From contig JAZQTW010000066.1 in NCBI GenBank assembly GCA_045630985.1, positions 1 through 55,571 on the forward strand: a DNA stretch of 55,571 bases. The letters are read 5' to 3'. The translations under genes and the position numbers were made by a program. Shown here piece by piece: positions 49,260-55,571 of this stretch (position 1 is its first letter; the number at the start of each line of letters is the position of its first letter). The notes under the pieces are model-generated. The model did no database searches, had not been told where the DNA came from, and saw only the letters and a program-made list of their open reading frames with translations. The stretch comes from Alphaproteobacteria bacterium (GTDB lineage: Bacteria; Pseudomonadota; Alphaproteobacteria; RF32; CAG-239).

Positions 49260-51086
49260 ATGATTTATGAAGATATATATAGCGAAAATGATAAATATTT
49301 GATTGAAGAGTACATAAAGCATGGTACTAATGATTTTTATTTGGCCGATTTGGGGAATGGTGAAGCTTTTTTTGTAGTGCCTTATAAATATATTGAAACA
49401 TATAAAGATAGTAATGAGGCTATTAGTGTATTTAAAGATGATTTATTAAGTTTTCAAGATGAAGAAAGAAAAAAATATATCAATGCAGGTAAGCCTGTTA
49501 AAGGATATAAATTAGATGATGAATTTTATGTTATTCCATTTTCTCATGAAGAAAAAATTGCGCCTAAGGTTGTAAGAAATAAAGTTTTAAATAAGGCTAG
49601 GGCTAGATATGATGAAGTTATTAATATGCATAGAGAAATATCTCTAACTTCTGGAGAGGAGTACGATGTTAGCTTTGCTTATAAAGATGAAAAAAACGCT
49701 AAGTGTAGGTTACAGCAGTTAAGAGATGATAAGAAAAAACAAGCTGCTGTTATTGATGAAGGTAAATGGAATGCTTTGATGGATAAGGTATCCAATTTTA
49801 AGGACTTGAGTTCTGAAAAAATTGCAGATTTTACTGAGCGGGTGGTTGATAATGTTAAATATGATAAAGAAAAGAGGGCGGAATTTTTATCAAAGCTTGT
49901 GGATGTTGTGGGAGATTCAAAGAGTAAATGTAAGGAGATTAAAGAGAATTTATCTGAAAAGCTTGCAGAAGATTTTGAGAAAGTTGTTGAATTTAAAGAT
50001 AAGTTTCAAGTTTCTTTGGCAAAAGGGAAAAGAGCTTTACTTTTAACTGGAGCTTTGTGTTCAATGATTGCTGGTGGCGTTATTTTAGGAAACAGGGAAA
50101 CGCCTGAAGCTGAAAATGTTGTAACAGAAAATGTAGAGAATACATATGATCCCAACAAATATATTTTAGGACATACTAATGAAAATGGTGATTATGTTGA
50201 TTTTCGAGGTGTTGTTCACAAAGATACGTATGGTAATATTAAAAGAATTAATGAATTAAGACCTGAATTATCTGCGTTACTTATAGCTGTTGAAGGATTG
50301 GCTGAAGATGCTTATAGAGATGGAAAGGGGATACCGACAATTGGTTCTGGGTCAACTACTCACATTAATAATGATGGAAGTGAAATAGATGTTAAGATGG
50401 GGGATGAAATGTCTCCTGAAGAGGCTATGATTAATAAATGGAAATTTGTAGAAATGTACTTATTGGATTTGTGTGGTGATGATGTTGGAAGATCTCTTTC
50501 TGATAAGGACATATATTGTGGAATAGGAGGGGGATTTTGTTGGGGGCCTAATGGTCTTAAAATGTCAGAAATGTATGGTGCTATTGTGAATAATGAAGGT
50601 GAAGAAGCTATAATGGTTAAATCTACACTTATGAGAAAGCAAAGAGGGTTATTGAAGCGCACATTCTTCTTTATGAATTGTGATAAGGCATTTGAGCAAA
50701 GCTGTGATGATTTTTTAAACCTTCCTGTTTATTTGAATAGTTCTGGGGAATATATCCATAGTGCGGTATATGATTTAAGGTTACGAGATATTATGCCATG
50801 TGAACAAGATGAAAATGGGAAATATTTGAAAAATGGGAAAAATGATGTTCCAGTGGAAATACCGGGGCATGACCCACAATATTGTGTTGGTTATTATAAT
50901 GACCAATTTTGCAATATATTAAGTAACTTAGTTCAGAAAGGAGAGAAAAGTTTACTACCTTCTGCAAAATTAAAAGATTTAATGCCTGAAGATATGGTTT
51001 CTTACTTACAATATAAATACAAAAATTCTCATGTAAATTTTAAAACTATAGATTTTTATAATGCAGAACAAGGTTTTAGTCGTTAG
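49260..51086 (+). CDS. Multidomain membrane-anchored protein with GH24 (T4-lysozyme-type) catalytic motif
   Basis: EGLAEDAYRDGKGIPTIGSG = E-x8-D-x5-T; preceded by a charged helical region and one TM (ALLLTGALCSMIAGGVILG). Confidence 0.78.
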   Translation: MIYEDIYSENDKYLIEEYIKHGTNDFYLADLGNGEAFFVVPYKYIETYKDSNEAISVFKDDLLSFQDEERKKYINAGKPVKGYKLDDEFYVIPFSHEEKIAPKVVRNKVLNKARARYDEVINMHREISLTSGEEYDVSFAYKDEKNAKCRLQQLRDDKKKQAAVIDEGKWNALMDKVSNFKDLSSEKIADFTERVVDNVKYDKEKRAEFLSKLVDVVGDSKSKCKEIKENLSEKLAEDFEKVVEFKDKFQVSLAKGKRALLLTGALCSMIAGGVILGNRETPEAENVVTENVENTYDPNKYILGHTNENGDYVDFRGVVHKDTYGNIKRINELRPELSALLIAVEGLAEDAYRDGKGIPTIGSGSTTHINNDGSEIDVKMGDEMSPEEAMINKWKFVEMYLLDLCGDDVGRSLSDKDIYCGIGGGFCWGPNGLKMSEMYGAIVNNEGEEAIMVKSTLMRKQRGLLKRTFFFMNCDKAFEQSCDDFLNLPVYLNSSGEYIHSAVYDLRLRDIMPCEQDENGKYLKNGKNDVPVEIPGHDPQYCVGYYNDQFCNILSNLVQKGEKSLLPSAKLKDLMPEDMVSYLQYKYKNSHVNFKTIDFYNAEQGFSR

Positions 51087-51194
51087 TTTGGTTTATTGTT
51101 GTGTAAAACTTTAATTCTGTGTTGCGAATGATTTTATTATATATGATATTTAAAGTTAGATTTTATAGGCGAGTTTAAGAAAGGGAAAGACTTT

Positions 51195-51854
51195 ATGATT
51201 ACAAGAATAATTATTGCGCGCCATGGTAATACGTTTACAAAAGATCAAACGCCTTTAAGGGTTGGGGCTAGGACTGATTTACCTCTAGTTGAAACAGAAC
51301 GAGGAACTAATATTGGTAAATATTTAAAAATGCGTAGTTTGATTCCTAGTGTTGTTTTTGCGGCACCTTTGAAACGTACTACAGAAACTGCTCGTTTGGC
51401 AGTAGCTGCGTTGGATAGAGATATTCCTTTGAAGGCTGATGATAGATTTGTTGAAGTAGATTATGGTCCTGATGAAGCTAAGACAGAAGAAGAGGTGATT
51501 GCTCGTATTGGGCAAGAAGCTATTGAGGCATGGGATAAGAACGCTATTGTTCCTGATGGATGGAATGTTTCTGTTGATGGAATTATCAAAGCATGGCAGG
51601 ATTTTGCTAAAGAAGTAGAAGAAAATTATAAGGGCAAAACTGTTATGGTTGTTAGTTCTAATGGTATTATTAGATTTGCACCTCATTTGACAGGGGATTT
51701 TAAGCAATTTGCTGAAGATTTCAATATTAAGGTTAGTACAGGTGGCGTTTGTATTCTTGAGAAAGAAGAGGGTGATAAAAACTGGAATGTAACAGAATGG
51801 GGGACAAAACCTAAAGATAAGTTAGCTAATAGCTCTTTACTTTCAGTTATTTAG
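51195..51854 (+). CDS. Histidine phosphatase (phosphoglycerate mutase-like) family protein
   Basis: IIARHGNT, DLPL, PLKRTTETA, EVDYG. Confidence 0.88.
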   Translation: MITRIIIARHGNTFTKDQTPLRVGARTDLPLVETERGTNIGKYLKMRSLIPSVVFAAPLKRTTETARLAVAALDRDIPLKADDRFVEVDYGPDEAKTEEEVIARIGQEAIEAWDKNAIVPDGWNVSVDGIIKAWQDFAKEVEENYKGKTVMVVSSNGIIRFAPHLTGDFKQFAEDFNIKVSTGGVCILEKEEGDKNWNVTEWGTKPKDKLANSSLLSVI

Positions 51855-51857
51855 TTG

Positions 51858-51890
51858 GATACCCCTCAGTATTTGAGGGGTATATCTTTT
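51858..51890 (+). terminator. Intrinsic terminator
   Basis: atacccctca-gtatt-tgaggggtat. Confidence 0.65.
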
Positions 51891-52034
51891 TGGTAATGTG
51901 CAAAATTGACGAAAAGGTGTTGACAAAAAAATAATTAGGGTGTAGAGGTTGGCTAACGGTTATATTTTTACCCTATTTTAAAGTATTTTGGAGTAGGGTG
52001 TTAATAGCTTAATTAATAAAGGAGAATATAAAAA

Positions 52035-52841
52035 ATGGTAAAAACATTAGTGGTTATTCCTGCAAGATATGGATCTTCAAGATTTCCAGGTAAGCCTTTG
52101 GCTAAAATTGCTGGAAAAGAAATGTTGTTACGCGTTGTTGAAATTGCTAAAAAAGGTACGCAAAATAAAGATGCAAGAATCGTTGTAGCAACTGAAGATC
52201 AAAGAATTGTTGATTTTTGTAAAAATCATAATGTTGAATGTTTGATGACTAGTAATGAATGCAAAACTGGCTCAGATAGAGTTTGTGAAGCAGTTAGAAA
52301 GTTGGATGTAAATCCTGAGTTTGTTATTAATCTTCAAGGTGATAATCCTGTTTGTCCTCCAAGTTTTATTTCTGAACTTATTTCTGAGTTTGAGAAAGAT
52401 AAGAGTGCTGATGTGGTAACTCCTTGTACTGAACTTAGTTGGGAAGCATTGGATAAACTTAGAGAAAGTAAGAAAACAACTCCATTCTCTGGTACTACTT
52501 GTGTAGCTGACAAAGATGGTTATGCTATGTGGTTTTCTAAGAACATTATTACAGCAATTAGAAAAGAAGATGAAATGCGCAAAAGTACAAAAAATAGTCC
52601 TGTATTGCGCCATGTAGGCTTGTATGGTTATAAAACAGATTCATTGATGAAGTTTAAGTCTTTAGATGAAGGTGTTTATGAAAAACTAGAAGGCTTGGAG
52701 CAATTGCGCTTTTTAGAGAATAAGATGAAGGTTAAATTGGCTAAAGTTGATTATGGTGCGTTTGAAGGTATGAGTGGTGTTGATTCACCAGAAGATGTTC
52801 AACGTGCTGAAGAACTTTTCAAAAAGTATGGCGAATTTTAA
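52035..52841 (+). CDS. kdsB: 3-deoxy-manno-octulosonate cytidylyltransferase
   Basis: IPARYGSSRFPGKPLA, TGSDR, NLQGD, HVGLYGY, EGLEQLRFLE. Confidence 0.96.
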   Translation: MVKTLVVIPARYGSSRFPGKPLAKIAGKEMLLRVVEIAKKGTQNKDARIVVATEDQRIVDFCKNHNVECLMTSNECKTGSDRVCEAVRKLDVNPEFVINLQGDNPVCPPSFISELISEFEKDKSADVVTPCTELSWEALDKLRESKKTTPFSGTTCVADKDGYAMWFSKNIITAIRKEDEMRKSTKNSPVLRHVGLYGYKTDSLMKFKSLDEGVYEKLEGLEQLRFLENKMKVKLAKVDYGAFEGMSGVDSPEDVQRAEELFKKYGEF

Positions 52842-52862
52842 TTTTATCTAATTTGATATTAT

Positions 52863-52898
52863 GAGCTCCGTTAGAGAATAATCTGGCGGAGTTTTTTT
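52863..52898 (+). terminator. Intrinsic terminator
   Basis: gagctccgttaga-gaataa-tctggcggagttttttt. Confidence 0.75.
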
Positions 52899-53007
52899 AT
52901 GCGTGATTTGAGCGAGCTTGCGTATAAAATATCAATTTTTTATGCTGAGCTCGATTATAGAGCGTTTTTATAGTTTTTGTTGTTTTAGTGTTAGAATATT
53001 ATACGTT

Positions 53008-53052
53008 ACTATACATAACATAAATTATGCGACAAGATGTATTATGTTAGGT
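53008..53052. other. dif-like XerCD recombination site with three arms
   Basis: Minus strand TTGTCGCATAA-TTTATG-TTATGTATAGT versus E. coli dif GGTGCGCATAA-TGTATA-TTATGTTAAAT; second XerD-like arm TTATGTTAGGT 6 bp on the other side. Confidence 0.75.
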
Positions 53053-53261
53053 ATAGGGGAATTTGCGCCCTCTTTTAAATAAAAGCAGTAAATTTTGGGG
53101 ATTTTATATTTTATTAAACTAGCGGAGTTTTTTAGAATTTATATTTATAAAAAACTAATTGAATTTAATTGGCTTAAAATATTTATGAAAATGCGTGTGT
53201 GAAGTTTTGCTTGATTTTTTATTCTTTATATGCTTGTATGTGGTTCTAAAATTTATTTATT

Positions 53262-53693
53262 ATGAAGACTAATTATTATTTATCAAAAATTTTTTTAATG
53301 AAGGTGCTGGTGCTTCTTGCATGTGTGGCATTTTCTGTGGCTGTTACTTATGCTTTTGTTTTTCCAGACTATGCATATGTAATGAGTGTTATCTCCCCTG
53401 TTGGATTGGCGGTATTTCTTGTGATTTTAACTTTTCTAGAGGTGCGTGTTACTTGTAAATCTAGAGAGAGTTTTTGGTTGGGTTTTATCTATCATACTCT
53501 TTGTGCTATTGCAGTTTTTGTTTTGGCATGTGTAAAAGATGTTTTGGGTGGATATACAATCGAAAGCGGTTCTGTTTTGTTTTCAAGTAAAAGTGTTGAA
53601 ACTTGGCAGTGGTTATTCCCTTACTCGGTTTATTGTTTGAGATTGGGTGTACAGTCTATCCCATTGGAGATAATTCGTTCCGCGATGAAGTGA
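53262..53693 (+). CDS. Hypothetical membrane protein
   Basis: 143 aa, 3-4 TM segments, terminator at 53699-53739. Confidence 0.7.
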   Translation: MKTNYYLSKIFLMKVLVLLACVAFSVAVTYAFVFPDYAYVMSVISPVGLAVFLVILTFLEVRVTCKSRESFWLGFIYHTLCAIAVFVLACVKDVLGGYTIESGSVLFSSKSVETWQWLFPYSVYCLRLGVQSIPLEIIRSAMK

Positions 53694-53829
53694 TTTTAGG
53701 GCTAAAAATAGGATTTTATTCTGTTTTTGGCCTTTTTTTGTGTTAAAATCCCTACTCTTTTATAAAAATATCTTGTTTTGTTTGTAAAAATGGATTATAA
53801 TGTAACGTATATTGTGGTTTTAACCATAT

Positions 53830-54111
53830 ATGAGGATGAGAAAAATGGGAGTTTTTTTATTAAATGACTTTGGGGAAGTACTTTTAGAAATAGCTTCTGG
53901 ATTTAATTTCCAGCATGATATTTTGTTGGAAGTTGATGAGAGCGCGCAATCTGCTGTGCTTAAGAGTGAAAATAGTACATTTAATATTGACTTTGTGCAT
54001 CGCGAATTGATGTTACCATTAAAAAGGAATAGATATTTGTTTGTAGTGGAAAGAAATAATCAGTTTTATGCGATGAAAAGCAAGTTAGCTAAAGTTGTTT
54101 TTGTTGAATAG
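53830..54111 (+). CDS. Small hypothetical protein
   Basis: 93-aa ORF 9 bp upstream of the next gene; start may be ATG 53845. Confidence 0.6.
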   Translation: MRMRKMGVFLLNDFGEVLLEIASGFNFQHDILLEVDESAQSAVLKSENSTFNIDFVHRELMLPLKRNRYLFVVERNNQFYAMKSKLAKVVFVE

Positions 54112-54120
54112 GATATTGAG

Positions 54121-55419
54121 ATGAGTAAAAATGTATACGACCATTTTGCGGAAGGTGAAGTTAAGGCTTTTGCTACAAGACAAGGTGTTAAGCCTCGTAA
54201 GTTTGCTGGTCGTTTATTAAGAAAAACGTTCCCTCTTTTAGCATCTTCTGTGATGATGTTTTCTTCTAGTTGTGCAGGAAATAAAGAAAATATTGATAAA
54301 GATGGTTTTATAGATTGTACAGAATTAACAAGTGATCAAATTACTGATTTAATATTAAATCCTAATCCTGAAAATCTTATTTGGGATCTAGATTATAATC
54401 ATGCACCGGAAAATCAAAAGAATTATGTAAATATGATAAATCAAGGGTTGGCTGTTATAAAAGATTTATCAACTAATGAAAATTTGTCTGAAAAAGAGAT
54501 TTTAGATTATAAGAAAATGGCTATTAATATGTTGGTTGGTGTAAAAGTTGTAGACGGTAAATTATCTAATGCTGACTTATCGGATCCAAATACCTTAAAA
54601 AGCTTTCTCTTTTTTGAAAAAGTTGTAAAATATAAAGATAATTATGATAAGGTGTTTAGTGAAGAAGAAGGTATATATAACGAACAAAGCAAACTTTTAG
54701 GAAAAGATTATAAAGATTGTTATAATTTAATAGAAAAAGCTAAGAATAATCGAGGTATATTGTTTTTTTCTGAGGCTTTATATATGGATGGAGATAGGTT
54801 TTTAGTACCCCAAGAAGATAAGGAAATGGCTAATAAAATTAGTTGTTTTATTCTTGATGATTGGCTAAAGCGAAATGGTATAAATGAAGAAAATTTATTT
54901 AAGTATTTAGATGCTTCTGGTGATAATAAATCAAACACTGTATCTTTTTATTTAAAAAAGGGAAAAGATTTTAGAGTAGAAGTAAGTATTGATCCAGAAG
55001 GAGATTTGGGTAATGGTTATTATTCTCCTGTTGGAGTTAATATTATACATGAGTTGATGCATGTTGCTCAAAAAAAACCATCTTCAGAGCAAAATCTTAG
55101 TGAGAAAGAGCATTTGATTGAAGAATTAGGCCCTACTCTAAATTCTTTGATGTTGGATGATATGATTTATAAAACAATTCATAAAATTCCTATGGATAAT
55201 ATTGTTAATTATGGAGATTTAGATATTGGTCGAAATAAAACATCTTTGGGGGAATTGGCTGTTTGGTTTAGAAAAATGACTGAAAAATATGCTAATAGAT
55301 CTATTGATGGTGTTTTATGTGAAAATGAAGTATTTGATAAGCTTGAGAAGATTGGGAAAGGTGAAAAAGTTAATTTATTGCCACAAGTAAGAGCTGTAAC
55401 TAAGAGTATGGAACGCTAA
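54121..55419 (+). CDS. Hypothetical protein with HExxH zinc-binding motif
   Basis: NIIHELMHVAQ with downstream LIEELG; hydrophobic segment ending SSSC near the N-terminus. Confidence 0.7.
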   Translation: MSKNVYDHFAEGEVKAFATRQGVKPRKFAGRLLRKTFPLLASSVMMFSSSCAGNKENIDKDGFIDCTELTSDQITDLILNPNPENLIWDLDYNHAPENQKNYVNMINQGLAVIKDLSTNENLSEKEILDYKKMAINMLVGVKVVDGKLSNADLSDPNTLKSFLFFEKVVKYKDNYDKVFSEEEGIYNEQSKLLGKDYKDCYNLIEKAKNNRGILFFSEALYMDGDRFLVPQEDKEMANKISCFILDDWLKRNGINEENLFKYLDASGDNKSNTVSFYLKKGKDFRVEVSIDPEGDLGNGYYSPVGVNIIHELMHVAQKKPSSEQNLSEKEHLIEELGPTLNSLMLDDMIYKTIHKIPMDNIVNYGDLDIGRNKTSLGELAVWFRKMTEKYANRSIDGVLCENEVFDKLEKIGKGEKVNLLPQVRAVTKSMER

Positions 55420-55492
55420 TAATATATTACCTAGTTTAAAAGTAGTATTTAAACTTGATTTTTCTTTGTGCGAGTTTATAAAAGTGATAAGT

Positions 55493-55571
55493 GGAGAGAT
55501 GGCAGAGTGGTCGAATGCGGTTGACTCGAAATCAATTGTACTCTTTTAAGGGTACCCAGGGTTCAAATCCC
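55493..55571 (+). tRNA. tRNA-Ser (anticodon CGA), truncated by the window end
   Basis: ggagaga..tggcagagtggtcgaatgc, gttga-ctcgaaa-tcaat, long variable arm, GGTTCAAATCCC. Confidence 0.93.

Noticed and set aside
49260-51086. Prophage lysis cassette
   Set aside because: No holin, spanin, structural or integrase genes; neighbours are housekeeping-type enzymes.
52912-52953. Imperfect hairpin cgagct..agctcg upstream of the dif-like site as a fifth palindromic element
   Set aside because: It lacks the GTAC-N6-GTAC core and the ATGGAAGCC/GGACAT motif; single copy.

Overview
AT-rich (roughly 30% GC by eye) chromosomal segment of a Gram-negative bacterium. Gene content and order (DUF374-waaA-lpxK, mrcA near prfB, GTTC-N7-GTTC LexA box, RpoH-type promoters) point to an Alphaproteobacterium, probably a host-associated or gut lineage (inference). 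Core genes: dnaB, galE, mrcA, frameshifted prfB, dnaJ, lon, smpB, uvrB, gltX, waaA, lpxK, lepB, deoB, pgi, kdsB and two tRNA-Ser. Interspersed with these are: (1) five paralogs with a conserved ~110-aa N-terminal domain plus an LRR-like solenoid; (2) four copies of a ~115-130 bp long-hairpin element with compensatory stem changes and a Rickettsia-palindromic-element-like core, three of them in a tandem array; (3) a membrane-anchored GH24 lysozyme and an HExxH protein that look like secreted effectors; (4) a set of SD-less orphan genes, most with their own promoter and terminator; (5) a tRNA-Ser 3'-end duplication with a structured insert in the T-loop; (6) a three-armed dif-like Xer site, suggesting the window lies next to the replication terminus. 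No CRISPR array, integrase, transposase or prophage was seen. All family calls are from motif recognition, not database searches.
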